Part shown: in pieces, positions 41,837 to 51,521 of the stretch | Layout of the letters: each line of letters opens with the position of its first letter | How positions within the stretch are numbered: the stretch's first letter is position 1 | Assembly: GCA_963760795.1 (NCBI GenBank) | Contig: CAVXEP010000022.1 | Location: 192,001-256,000 of the forward strand | Direction: 5' to 3' | Source of the DNA: an uncultured delta proteobacterium | Lineage (GTDB): Bacteria > Desulfobacterota > Binatia > UBA9968 | DNA length: 64,000 bases | Made by a program: the position numbers and the translations under genes | Notes under the pieces: generated by a model | What the model was told of the DNA's origin: nothing | Database searches by the model: none | What the model saw: the letters and a program-made list of their open reading frames with translations, nothing else

Positions 41837-42790
41837 ATGGCAAAAAACATCGAACTGAGTCTTCTCCTCGCCGACTACCACCGCACGCGGCCCATGTTGA
41901 ACGGCGAGATCAAAGCACCGGGTGTTGAATTCACGCTGCACCGCGCCGAGACCGGCGTCGCCTGCATGCGGCCGGTCTACGAAGAATACGACATCGCCGA
42001 GATGTCTCTGTCATGGTACGTCATGGCGCGCAGCCGCAACGAGCCGGTCGTCGCCCTGCCGATCTTTCCGTTGCGCATGCAGATCCACCCATATATTTTT
42101 TGCTCGCCGGCCTCCGGCATCGAACGCCCGGAGGACTTGAAGGGCAAAAAGATCGGCATGGACCAATACCGCTTGACCGTCGGTCTGTGGGCGCGCGGCA
42201 TCCTGCAAGAACATTACGGCGTGCGGCCGGAAGATTGCCATTGGTTTACCAACGAACCCGAGTCGCCGGACGCCGGCTTTCAACTGCCGGCGAATGTCGA
42301 GCTCACCTGCGCCCAGGAGTCCACCGAAGCGATGCTTTTGCGCGGCGAGCTCGACGCCCTGATCCCGCCCAACATAGTGCCGTCGTTTCGCAACCAAGAC
42401 CCGCGCATTCGCCGCGTCTTCAAAGACATTCGCGTCACCGTCAATGATTATTTTCGTCACACCCGAATCTTCCCGATCACTCACACGCTGGTGGTGCGCG
42501 AGGAGTTGTTCGAAAAACAGCCTTGGCTGGTAGCCAGCCTGCTCGAAGCCTTCAATGAAGCTGAAGAACTTTGCCGCAAGTCCTACGCCTATGCCAAGCG
42601 CTCGGCATTTCCGTCGGCGGTGCTGATCTTGGAAGAAGAGGAAGAAGTTTTCGGCAAGAATCCCTGGCAGCACGGCTTAACGCCCGAGAACCAAGTGGTG
42701 CTGGAAAAATTCGTGCAATACGCCAACGAGCAGGGCTACATTCCGAACCGTCCGGCGCTAAGCGAGCTGTTCGCGCCGGTCGGCAACTAG
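41837..42790 (+). CDS. 4,5-dihydroxyphthalate decarboxylase-like protein (divergent third copy)
   Basis: DYHRTRP, EYDIAEMSLS, PIFPLR, DLKGKKIG..Y..T...WARGIL, IFPITH, EQG. Confidence 0.82.
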   Translation: MAKNIELSLLLADYHRTRPMLNGEIKAPGVEFTLHRAETGVACMRPVYEEYDIAEMSLSWYVMARSRNEPVVALPIFPLRMQIHPYIFCSPASGIERPEDLKGKKIGMDQYRLTVGLWARGILQEHYGVRPEDCHWFTNEPESPDAGFQLPANVELTCAQESTEAMLLRGELDALIPPNIVPSFRNQDPRIRRVFKDIRVTVNDYFRHTRIFPITHTLVVREELFEKQPWLVASLLEAFNEAEELCRKSYAYAKRSAFPSAVLILEEEEEVFGKNPWQHGLTPENQVVLEKFVQYANEQGYIPNRPALSELFAPVGN

Positions 42791-42796
42791 TTTCGA

Positions 42797-43789
42797 TTAC
42801 TTCGCGGGATACAAGCCAGCGAAGAAACCGCTCTGCTCCAGGCCGCGCACGATGGAGCCGTCGATCTGATCGTCCACCGACAGCGGCCGCAGCTGCGGTT
42901 CGCTTTTCTCCAGGAAGGTTTTGATCAGCGCGATGCCCGCTCGGTTCGGATACGGCACGCGCGGGACATAATTGAGATAGGTTCGTTGGGTTTCTTCCTG
43001 TACCAGCACGTCGTCGATCTTTAACCGGTCCTTAATGATCTTCTTGGAATAAGCCGCATCATTCTTAAAAACCGCGATCGCCTCGCCCATGGCGCGGACA
43101 AAGTTGCGCGCGACTTCAGAATTTTGCCGCAGGAACAACTTACGCGTCACCACACCGGCTGATTGATAGTCTGGAATGACATCGGCGAGATCGACCAGCT
43201 CACGAAACCCTTCCTGCTTGGCCACCGCCAACGTCGGCAGAGAAATCGGCCCGCCGAAGATCTTCTTGCTCTGCATGCCGGAAAGAATCGGCGGCACCCC
43301 GCCCATCTGAATGATCGGCACATCGGTTTCCGGCCGAAGCCCCCATTTATCGAGCGCAAGGCGCAGCAGCGCATCGGTGGTGGAACCGAAGCGCGTCACG
43401 CCCATCGCCTTGCCCTTGAGATCCTTGGGCTCACGAATCTCCGGCCGCACGATGATCGAAAACGGCGGCTTGGTCACCAGACCGACAATCATCACGGCAT
43501 CGCTCCCCTGCGCATTGACCCGCATCACCGGCTCGATTCCTTGAATGCCAAGCTGCGTGGTCCCGCCGAGCAGCGACTGCATCGCCGGCGAACCGGCGAC
43601 GTAAATCAATTCAACGTCGAGATCATATTTGGCAAAAATCCCTTTATCGACGGCGATCCAGGGGATCACCGCTGAGCCGGAGATCGAGCTATAGGCGACG
43701 CGGAGCTGGGTCGGCGCCTTGCTCGCCGCAAGCAGCGGCGATGAGAAGAGAACTGCGACAAGTGAGCTGACAAGTCCAAGTAAGGACAT
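42797..43789 (-). CDS. NMT1/THI5-like substrate-binding protein
   Basis: Signal peptide from ATG 43789, GIFAKYDLDVEL, DLKGK.MGVTRFGS, tail EQSGFFAGLY. Confidence 0.88.
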   Translation of the reverse strand: MSLLGLVSSLVAVLFSSPLLAASKAPTQLRVAYSSISGSAVIPWIAVDKGIFAKYDLDVELIYVAGSPAMQSLLGGTTQLGIQGIEPVMRVNAQGSDAVMIVGLVTKPPFSIIVRPEIREPKDLKGKAMGVTRFGSTTDALLRLALDKWGLRPETDVPIIQMGGVPPILSGMQSKKIFGGPISLPTLAVAKQEGFRELVDLADVIPDYQSAGVVTRKLFLRQNSEVARNFVRAMGEAIAVFKNDAAYSKKIIKDRLKIDDVLVQEETQRTYLNYVPRVPYPNRAGIALIKTFLEKSEPQLRPLSVDDQIDGSIVRGLEQSGFFAGLYPAK

Positions 43790-43821
43790 AAGGATTCGAC
43801 TTTCAGACTTCCGGCATCTGA

Positions 43822-44298
43822 CTAACCTTCGGCATGCAGCATCTTCCCGCCCACCTCGACTGGCTTGGCGTCGATCAGGATGAAAGCAATCACGCAAGGC
43901 TCGGTGCCGCGGTTGACCCAGTTGTGGATCGTGCCGCGCTGCACCAGCACATCACCCGCCTTCAGATGGACGACAGTGTCATCGAGCTCCATGTCGATCT
44001 CTCCCGACATGACAACGGCATAATCGATGGAATCCGTTCGGTGGTTGCGCGGCGCGACGCCGGGCGCAAACTCGACAACGCGAAAGACCGTGCCGTTATT
44101 CAACGTCGTGCCGACCTGCCGCAGTCCCTCGTCGGCGTCGCCGGTGTTGTTGACGGGAAAAGATTCCGTGGTCCAGACCACACAAGCCGACCGTCCAGGC
44201 CGGCCCGCGGGGAGATTTTTAGAAACCTCATCGATCTTCACAATCGCCCGTCCATTGGCATCATGTCCTGTGACTACCCGTCGTAACTGAAGTGACAT
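43822..44298 (-). CDS. Cupin_2 domain protein
   Basis: RRVVTGHD.NGR, HRTDSIDY, GDVLVQRGTIHNW. Confidence 0.9.
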   Translation of the reverse strand: MSLQLRRVVTGHDANGRAIVKIDEVSKNLPAGRPGRSACVVWTTESFPVNNTGDADEGLRQVGTTLNNGTVFRVVEFAPGVAPRNHRTDSIDYAVVMSGEIDMELDDTVVHLKAGDVLVQRGTIHNWVNRGTEPCVIAFILIDAKPVEVGGKMLHAEG

Positions 44299-44635
44299 TG
44301 TCTTTTCCCTCCGTTAGAACTTGGCCGCACTCAGCTTTGTGACACTCAACAATCATTTAAGTGCCGTCTGCCTCATGCGGATCATCTGCCTCCGTCGCGG
44401 AACTTTTTTCCTTGATTCAGATTTATTAGTCGTAGTCCCCTTCCCCGCAGGCGGACAGATAGTTTGCATGAAACCGCATGATGCTCGCCTCGCGCTCTAA
44501 CGACTTGGCATGAGGGGCGCGACTTCAGGAGCCGCCTTTTCCAGGCTTTTGCTAGCCGAGCGTTTTAATAATCGCTCTCACTGTTACTATTTTGGGATGC
44601 GCCAGGAGCAACAACTGACCTCAATTCCGGCGGTC

Positions 44636-45565
44636 CTATTTCACTGGCTTCTTCAGGTGATGTCCAAAGAACGCTATTACCTGGTGAACACTGTCGTCCC
44701 AGGCTTTGGGATCGCCACCAGTGGTCGCACCACGCCCCGTGGGTGAATTGCCGTTAATACGCGCCGGATCGTAGCGCACAGGAAAGCTGCTATCAAAAGA
44801 ATGATGCGCTCCGGGATAAACTTTGATCGACACGGGATACCCCGCTTCGCGCGCGATTTCAACCAGCTTGCGGCACGGCTCTGCCGGTGTCCAATCGTCG
44901 TTCTCTCCGATTAGGATTAGCAGCGGCGCTACCGGTTTGTACACGCCGACGTAGCTCGTGATCGGACCACTGCTGCCGGATTGCCGCACGGAGCGCCAGC
45001 CCCCCAGGCGAGCCGCACAACCCGGATAGAGAGCTATTGCCGCGCTGAAACCCGTCCGCTTCTCTTGAGCAAGCGGTTCCATTCCCCGTTCCGGAGCCAC
45101 CAGCGAAGCCAACGTCGACGATCCACCGTGAGACCCGCCCATGATGCCGATTCGCGATCCATCGACATAGGGCAGTGTCCGAAGGTAGGCCAACGCCGCA
45201 TACGCGTCGTCTACACGGCGAGCGGGGGCCACTTCGTTTCGACTCGGTGACGCGTTAGTACAAACACCACCGGCATGGCCGCGCGCGGTGAAGCTATCCG
45301 GCATAACGATGACATATCCTCTCTCCACCAGTTCCCTGGCCCAGCGAATGGGCGCACCGCTCGAACGTGGCCCAAGCCCGCTGCAATCGTGCATGATCAC
45401 GACCGCGGGGAATGGCCCCGTCCCCTCCGGTTTCAACATCGTTGTGGGGACCTGCTCTAACGTACCATTGGCCGCATTTGTGGATAGGGTTAGACGGGAG
45501 GTTGCGCCGACACAACCCGCGAGTAACAGGAAGCAAAATACCATAGCCTTAAAAGCAATATACAT
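44636..45565 (-). CDS. Dienelactone hydrolase family lipoprotein
   Basis: LAGC lipobox, GPFPAVV.MH.CSG, GGSHGG nucleophile, DDWT, YPGAHHSFD. Confidence 0.88.
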   Translation of the reverse strand: MYIAFKAMVFCFLLLAGCVGATSRLTLSTNAANGTLEQVPTTMLKPEGTGPFPAVVIMHDCSGLGPRSSGAPIRWARELVERGYVIVMPDSFTARGHAGGVCTNASPSRNEVAPARRVDDAYAALAYLRTLPYVDGSRIGIMGGSHGGSSTLASLVAPERGMEPLAQEKRTGFSAAIALYPGCAARLGGWRSVRQSGSSGPITSYVGVYKPVAPLLILIGENDDWTPAEPCRKLVEIAREAGYPVSIKVYPGAHHSFDSSFPVRYDPARINGNSPTGRGATTGGDPKAWDDSVHQVIAFFGHHLKKPVK

Positions 45566-45718
45566 AATTATCTCTCACAAACGGTGAACTATCCGAATCA
45601 ATCATAACCGTCTTGGTGCAGGCGAATTTTCCTGTCCATGCGGCAACGTAAAACGGGTAAGAGAGAAAATTTGCGTAGACTGCGGAAACATTAAACTAAC
45701 TTAATACAGGGACTTTGC

Positions 45719-46198
45719 TCATTTTTGCCGTGGTTCACGGCGGAATTCGATCCCATGGGCTTCGAGAAACTCTATAGCGATCTCTTCGAGCGCGGCGTCG
45801 CGATAGCGATACCACGCATCGGCGATTGCCCGCCTGTGCAAGGCGTCTTTAAACCGGCCAAACGCGCCGCGCCCGTGCAGCGCCGCTTCAAGCTCATCGC
45901 GCACGTCGCCGTCGGCAACCGACCGGGCAAAGCGTTCCATGATCGACCATTCGTGAATGTCGAACTTGCTCGGCAAAGGGATAAAGTCTTCCGACGCCGT
46001 CACTTCACGCACCTTGGGCATAAACTCTTTCTGCCATTCAGGCGCGTCCTCTGCTTCGTCCGGATCTTCGGCCAAGCTGAACATTTCGTCAGTAATGGTA
46101 ATCAGCTCGCCGGTCTTACGATTGATGTAGGCCGTCGCCTCATCACTCATGATCTCCATTTCATCGATCACTTCGCGCAGGGAAACGATCGCAGCCAT
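45719..46198 (-). CDS. UPF0158 family protein
   Basis: YINRKTGE, LP...IHEW.IMERF, GRGAFGRFKD, WY.YR. Confidence 0.85.
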   Translation of the reverse strand: MAAIVSLREVIDEMEIMSDEATAYINRKTGELITITDEMFSLAEDPDEAEDAPEWQKEFMPKVREVTASEDFIPLPSKFDIHEWSIMERFARSVADGDVRDELEAALHGRGAFGRFKDALHRRAIADAWYRYRDAALEEIAIEFLEAHGIEFRREPRQK

Positions 46199-46377
46199 AC
46201 TGGTCCTCAGACTAATCAGGATCTAACTCTAGCCGAACATATCTAAAAATTTTGCCGAACTTCCGATCAAGGGACTCGGAAAAGAGACGTCTCCCACCTG
46301 GTCTTTAAAGTTAAACCATAAACTTGTCGGTTCCGACGCGAAAGCAGCCCCGCGGACCGAAAGCTGAAACTCGAAAC

Positions 46378-47400
46378 TCATTTCGCCTCTGGTATCTCCA
46401 GTTTCCCGATGCGTTTGATCGCGTCGGTGAGCATCTTCGCGTCCTTGTCCCAGAATTTCTGGAACTCGGGGGCGTCGAGATAGGCGATCGGGGTCTGAAG
46501 CTTTTCCATGGCGGTTTTAAACTCGGCAGTGTTCACCGCCTGGCGCACCGACTCGCGGATACTTTTCATCACCGGCTCGGGTGTCCCGCGCGGCGCGAAC
46601 AGTCCGGCCCAGATATAAAACTCGATGTCGTATCCCAGCTCCTTGAAGGTGGCGACGTCGGGCAGGGACGCGACCCGTTTGGCGCCCCATCCGGCCAGAG
46701 GCCGCAGCTTGCCGGCCTTGATATGCGGGATGACCACTGCCGGTCCGGAGGCGAGCGTATCGACGTGACCGCCGAGAATCGCCGTCAGCGCGGGCCCCGC
46801 GCCGGAGTACGGCACATGCTTCAAACTGATGCCTGCGCCATGCGAGAGCATCTCCATCGCCATATGCAAAGTCCCGTACACGCCGGAGGAAGAAAACGAA
46901 ATCTGTCCCGGACGTTTCTTGGCGTCATCGACAAATTCCTTGACGCTTTTCCACGGCCGTTCGGCGCTGACGACGAAGATCGTCGGGTCCGCGGAAATCA
47001 AGGCGATGGGAATGAGCTGGTCCATGGTGTAGGCGGGCTTGCGGTCGAAGAGCTTGTCCGCCTCTGGGATGATCGAAATGCTCGATAACGCCATCAGCAG
47101 ATTGTAGCCGTCCGGCTTGCTGTTGGCGACGAAGGACATTCCCACGGCGCCCGCCGCGCCGGTCTTGTTGGCGACCACCACCGGATTTTTCAGCACGTTC
47201 TCCAGCGCCGCCGCGACCGGCCGTGCCATTAGGTCGGCAACGCCGCCAGGCGGAAACGGCGCGACGATCGTAATCGGCCGGTTCGGATATTTCTCCTGGG
47301 CTAGAGCGTCAGCCATAAAGCCGAAAAGCAAAATGACTAGAGCCGGGAAAGTACTGCGCCGGCATAAACAGATGATGTCTCGATTAAAAATGGCCGTCAT
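46378..47400 (-). CDS. tctC: Tripartite tricarboxylate transporter substrate-binding protein
   Basis: YPNRPIT.VAPFPPGG.AD, KPDGY, HVPY.G.GPA. Confidence 0.92.
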   Translation of the reverse strand: MTAIFNRDIICLCRRSTFPALVILLFGFMADALAQEKYPNRPITIVAPFPPGGVADLMARPVAAALENVLKNPVVVANKTGAAGAVGMSFVANSKPDGYNLLMALSSISIIPEADKLFDRKPAYTMDQLIPIALISADPTIFVVSAERPWKSVKEFVDDAKKRPGQISFSSSGVYGTLHMAMEMLSHGAGISLKHVPYSGAGPALTAILGGHVDTLASGPAVVIPHIKAGKLRPLAGWGAKRVASLPDVATFKELGYDIEFYIWAGLFAPRGTPEPVMKSIRESVRQAVNTAEFKTAMEKLQTPIAYLDAPEFQKFWDKDAKMLTDAIKRIGKLEIPEAK

Positions 47401-47497
47401 ATTTCACCTCCGAGTTCCGAAATAGTGGACCGCGTATCTAAGTTCGCTATCCTCAATCTTCGATTCTCCATCCTCGGTTTTACCGTATTTACATCTA

Positions 47498-49018
47498 CTA
47501 TTTGACAGCGGCGAATCCGAAGCGTTGCCGCCAATCGGCCTTTTTCATAACAAATGTAATCATGCTCGATAACAAGAGCGCCGCCCCGACCGTCAGCAGC
47601 ACCAGAGCGATGGGCCGGGTGACGAAGATCGCGTAGCTTCCCGAAGACATCGACAGCGACTGGCGAAAGCTCATCTCCATCATCGGTGCCAGCACCAGCC
47701 CCAATACTACCGGCGCGGTCTCGAAGTCAAACTTGCGCAGCCCGTAGCCGAGCGCGCCCATCGCCGTCATGATGCCGACATCGACGACGCTGCCGTTAAC
47801 CGCGTAGACGCCAAGCACGCAAAAAATCAGGATCGCTGGATAAAGCAGCGGATAAGGTATGCGCAGCAAATTAACAAATATCCCGACCAACGGCAGATTC
47901 AAAATCAACAGCACCACATTGCCGACGTACATGCTGGCGATGAAACCCCAAAAAAGCTCCGGCTGCTGCGAGATCATGAGCGGACCGGGGGCGACGCCAT
48001 GCACCATCAACGCGGCGATCATCACAGCGGGTATCGGCCCGGACGGCACGCCCAGCGCGAGCATGGGGACGAAGGCGCCGGAAGTTGCCGAGTTGTTCGC
48101 CGATTCCGGACCAGCGACGCCCTCGATGGCGCCATGACCGAATCGCTCCGGATGCTTGGAAAGACGGCGCTCGACGGAGTAGGAGACAAATGACGCGATA
48201 ATGTGGGCCGAGCCGGGAATGATGCCGATCAAAAAACCCAGCACCGTACCGCGGCCGATGGGCCAAAGCGATGCGCGCCATTCCGCGCGCGACGGCAGCA
48301 GTTCCCTCAGCCGCGGTTTCTTGACCTCCGGTGCGACCGGCTGCCCCGCGGTCAGTAAAATCTCTGAGAGGCCAAACAGCCCAACGGCAACCGGCACCAC
48401 GCCGATGCCGTCGCCCAGTTCCACCAGCCCGTAGCTGAAGCGTGAGAAGCCGGTCATCGGATCGATGCCGATCATGCCTAAGAGCAGCCCCAGCGCCGCC
48501 ATCGCGAGAGCTTTGAGCATGGAACCGCCGCTCATGTAGGCGAGCGCGAGCAGGCCCAAAAGCAGCAGGGTGAAATACTCCGGCGGTCCGAAGCGCAGCG
48601 CGAAGCTCGCCAACGGCGGCGCGAGAAACATGAGCGCGACGACGCTCACCGTCCCGGCGATATAGGAGCCGACCGCGGCAATGGCCAACGCCGGCCCAGC
48701 CCGGCCACTGCGCGTCATTGCGTAGCCGTCGATGCAGGTCATGACCGAGGCCGCTTCGCCAGGGATCCGCATCAGTATCGACGTCGTCGAGCCGCCATAC
48801 ATGGCGCCGTAGTAAATGCCCGCCAGCAGAACGATGGCGGAAGTTGCATCAAGACCGAACGATGCGGGCAGCAGCAAGCTAATGCCGGCAAGCGGACCCA
48901 CGCCCGGCAAGACGCCAACGAGTGTGCCAACGACGCAGCCGACAAAAGCATAGAGCAAGACATTCGGTGCAAGCGCGACGGAAAAACCGAGATAAAGATT
49001 ATGCAGAGTTTCGACCAT
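47498..49018 (-). CDS. tctA: Tripartite tricarboxylate transporter large permease
   Basis: GVLPG.G, GAMYGGS, PGE, FGPPEYF, GPESANN, LGVP. Confidence 0.94.
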   Translation of the reverse strand: MVETLHNLYLGFSVALAPNVLLYAFVGCVVGTLVGVLPGVGPLAGISLLLPASFGLDATSAIVLLAGIYYGAMYGGSTTSILMRIPGEAASVMTCIDGYAMTRSGRAGPALAIAAVGSYIAGTVSVVALMFLAPPLASFALRFGPPEYFTLLLLGLLALAYMSGGSMLKALAMAALGLLLGMIGIDPMTGFSRFSYGLVELGDGIGVVPVAVGLFGLSEILLTAGQPVAPEVKKPRLRELLPSRAEWRASLWPIGRGTVLGFLIGIIPGSAHIIASFVSYSVERRLSKHPERFGHGAIEGVAGPESANNSATSGAFVPMLALGVPSGPIPAVMIAALMVHGVAPGPLMISQQPELFWGFIASMYVGNVVLLILNLPLVGIFVNLLRIPYPLLYPAILIFCVLGVYAVNGSVVDVGIMTAMGALGYGLRKFDFETAPVVLGLVLAPMMEMSFRQSLSMSSGSYAIFVTRPIALVLLTVGAALLLSSMITFVMKKADWRQRFGFAAVK

Positions 49019-49090
49019 GGACGAAATGAAAAATTTAAAACGCCATAGTTAAACACACTCCGATTATTATTTTTTGCTTTTACCTTTCCG

Positions 49091-49535
49091 TCAAAACCCC
49101 AGCGGTCCCAGCGGCAGAGGAACCCGGAGCAGCGTATGGAACAAGTAAAACGAGCCAAACGCTAGACCCAAGGCAAGACCTATGGTTCCCCTCCAGCTGC
49201 GCCTTTCGACAACTTTGAGCAGGAAGCCAAGCACGAGCACGACCGTCAAACGGTAGCCAAGACGCTCGATGCCAAGCGCCGCAAAGATACAGGCCGCGAA
49301 TATCGCCAGGGCGTGACGCCACTCGACCCAACGAATCGACGATAGGATGGCGCCGACGGCCACCGGTCGCTGACGAGAAACACTCCGAAGATTAGCAGCA
49401 GTGATGCAAGCAGAATCGGAATGTAAGCCGGTCCCGGGTTGACGAAATGTCCCGAGCGGCAGAACGCGGCATCTCCCAAATCACCAGCAGAGAGAAAATA
49501 ACCAGCACGCTCCCCGATAATCGGTCAGTCGTCAA
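49091..49535 (-). CDS. tctB: Tripartite tricarboxylate transporter small permease (frameshifted)
   Basis: PGPAYIP, ERLGY, F..LL.V.LP.G motifs spread over frames; TTG start after AAAGGA. Confidence 0.8.
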
Positions 49536-49610
49536 CGGTTCCGTCCTTTCAATTCCGAGTTCCTTAATTCTTTGCGCTCTTGCCGGCCAACCTCCTCCGA
49601 ACCCGAAACA

Positions 49611-49639
49611 TTGAACCTTGAACCTTTGAACTTTGAACC
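49611..49639. repeat. TTGAAC(C/T) short tandem repeat x4
   Basis: ttgaacc ttgaacct ttgaact ttgaacc. Confidence 0.7.
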
Positions 49640-49653
49640 GCGCGCGGTGCGCG

Positions 49654-50430
49654 CTATTTATGAAACTCCTTCGTCCCGGCGTACGCCCGCGGGTTGACCA
49701 GCGCGTGCTCTTCCTGCATCAGCCAGGCGATCTCCGCCGCCATCGGCACGCTCGCCGCTTCCATCGACGAATGCGCCGCCATTTTGCAGTATTTCAACGT
49801 CGTCTTGTCGAACTTGCCGATCTCCTCGCCCCACTTCCACGCCTCGTCTTGCAATTGATCGTGCGGCACCACGCGATTGATCAAACCGGCGTTCATCGAC
49901 TTGACCGCGTCCCAGTTTTTGCCGGTGAGAATCAACTCGAAGCCAAGTTTGGTTGGAATCAGCGTCTTGAACATGGTCGCGATGATCGGATAGGGCAAGA
50001 AGCCGCGCATGATCTCGGGCAAACCGAACATCGCCTTGTCCGAAGCGATCGCCAAGTCGTGCGGCAATAGCAGGGTAATGCCGCCACCCAAACAGAATCC
50101 GTTCACCACCGCGATCGTCACTTTGGGGAAAGTCCGAATCACTTCGGCGACATGATAGGCGCGCGGCTCCTTGCGCCGGTCTTTGCCGCGATTCTGCCCG
50201 CCTTCCGTCGGAAACTCAGAGAGGTCGCGGCCGGCGCAGTACGCGACATCGCCCGCGCCGGTGGTCAACACCACGGCAATCTCGTCGTCGTTGCGTAGCT
50301 CCTCGAACACGGCCAGCATCTCGCGAATCGCATCGCGGCTGAGCGCATTGCGTTTCTCCGGCCGGTTGATCGTCAACTTCGCCACCGCGCCGCGGGTTTC
50401 CAAAATCGTGAACTTACCTTCTTTGATCAT
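49654..50430 (-). CDS. Enoyl-CoA hydratase/isomerase (crotonase) family protein
   Basis: NRPEKRNAL, CAGRDL, VNGFCLGGG, DLAIAS..A.FGLPE. Confidence 0.9.
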   Translation of the reverse strand: MIKEGKFTILETRGAVAKLTINRPEKRNALSRDAIREMLAVFEELRNDDEIAVVLTTGAGDVAYCAGRDLSEFPTEGGQNRGKDRRKEPRAYHVAEVIRTFPKVTIAVVNGFCLGGGITLLLPHDLAIASDKAMFGLPEIMRGFLPYPIIATMFKTLIPTKLGFELILTGKNWDAVKSMNAGLINRVVPHDQLQDEAWKWGEEIGKFDKTTLKYCKMAAHSSMEAASVPMAAEIAWLMQEEHALVNPRAYAGTKEFHK

Positions 50431-50513
50431 TGCCAAATCCTTTCTTAGATCGTCGTACTCTAGGCGAATAACACTTGCCATCCGTTTCGGTCAACCATAT
50501 AGAAAAAGACGTC

Positions 50514-50595
50514 TTCACCACGAAGCCACGAAGGACACGAAGGGTTCAAATAATGTTATTCCGAACTTCGTGCTCTTCGTGTCCTTCGTGGTGAA
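50514..50595. repeat. Inverted 9-mer tandem arrays (CACGAAG x3 / CTTCGTG x3)
   Basis: ttcaccacgaagccacgaaggacacgaag ... cttcgtgctcttcgtgtccttcgtggtgaa. Confidence 0.8.
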
Positions 50596-50672
50596 ATCGG
50601 CTCTTTTCATCGAACGCAGTAAACCGACTCTATCCTTGAAAGCCAAAAGCCAATCGGTTATCCCCGTAGCCA

Positions 50673-51521
50673 ATGGAATCGACCATCCGCCAGATCAGCA
50701 AATCCGCATTCGCCATCATCGGCCCCGAAGGCGCTACCAACTTCACCATCGTCAAGGGCAGGGACGGCAGCGCCGTGCTCATCGACGCCGATATTCGCCG
50801 CATCGACGAAGTCGAAGAAGCGCTGCAGCTCACCGGCTGTACCCAAGTTGAATATTTGATCGACACCCACGAGCACTTCGACCACACCTCGGCGAATTTT
50901 TACTTCACGCAAAAACAGATTCCGATCGTTGCCAGCGCCGGCTGCGTGCAGGCGATGCAGGACGATGGTGCAGCCGACTTCGCGCGCATGCTCAAGCCCG
51001 TACCGGAGTTGTACGAGCGCTTTCCCGGTCTCTGTCTGACCCTGCCCGATGTGGTCTTCGACTCAACAACTCAACTGAAGCTGCCGGGCGTGACATTGGA
51101 TTTGGTTTACCGGGCCGAGAACGGTCACAGCCATAGCAAGGGCGACACGACCATCTATTTTCACGAAGAAGAAGTCTTCATCGCCGGCGATCTGCTCTAC
51201 ACCGAAGTTCATCCGGTGACCTTCTTCGGCAATATTCCCAACTGGCTGACCGCGTTAAAGCCGCTCTTCGATTGCCACTACAAACAATTGATTCCCGGTC
51301 ATGGACCTGCCGTCGACGGCGAGCAGTCCGGCAGAACCTACTTCAAGCGCATGCACGATTATCTCGAAGACTTTTACGGCCATCTAGTGGAGATCGATTC
51401 TGGGCGCACAAGCCGCGAAGAGGTCGCGCGTCATATGCAAAGCGGCGCTTACGCCAAGCTTGGCAAAACGCGCATGGTGGAACGCAACATCAACCAGTTT
51501 CTCACCGGAAGGTGGTTTTAG
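50673..51521 (+). CDS. MBL-fold metallo-hydrolase (cyclase-like)
   Basis: THEHFDH, HSKGD, AGDL, IPGHG. Confidence 0.88.
   Translation: MESTIRQISKSAFAIIGPEGATNFTIVKGRDGSAVLIDADIRRIDEVEEALQLTGCTQVEYLIDTHEHFDHTSANFYFTQKQIPIVASAGCVQAMQDDGAADFARMLKPVPELYERFPGLCLTLPDVVFDSTTQLKLPGVTLDLVYRAENGHSHSKGDTTIYFHEEEVFIAGDLLYTEVHPVTFFGNIPNWLTALKPLFDCHYKQLIPGHGPAVDGEQSGRTYFKRMHDYLEDFYGHLVEIDSGRTSREEVARHMQSGAYAKLGKTRMVERNINQFLTGRWF

Noticed and set aside
44490-44580. CTAAC-containing segment resembling an integron attC half near the lower-GC hydrolase/UPF0158 genes
   Set aside because: No matching GTTRRRY partner or convincing stem, and no integrase
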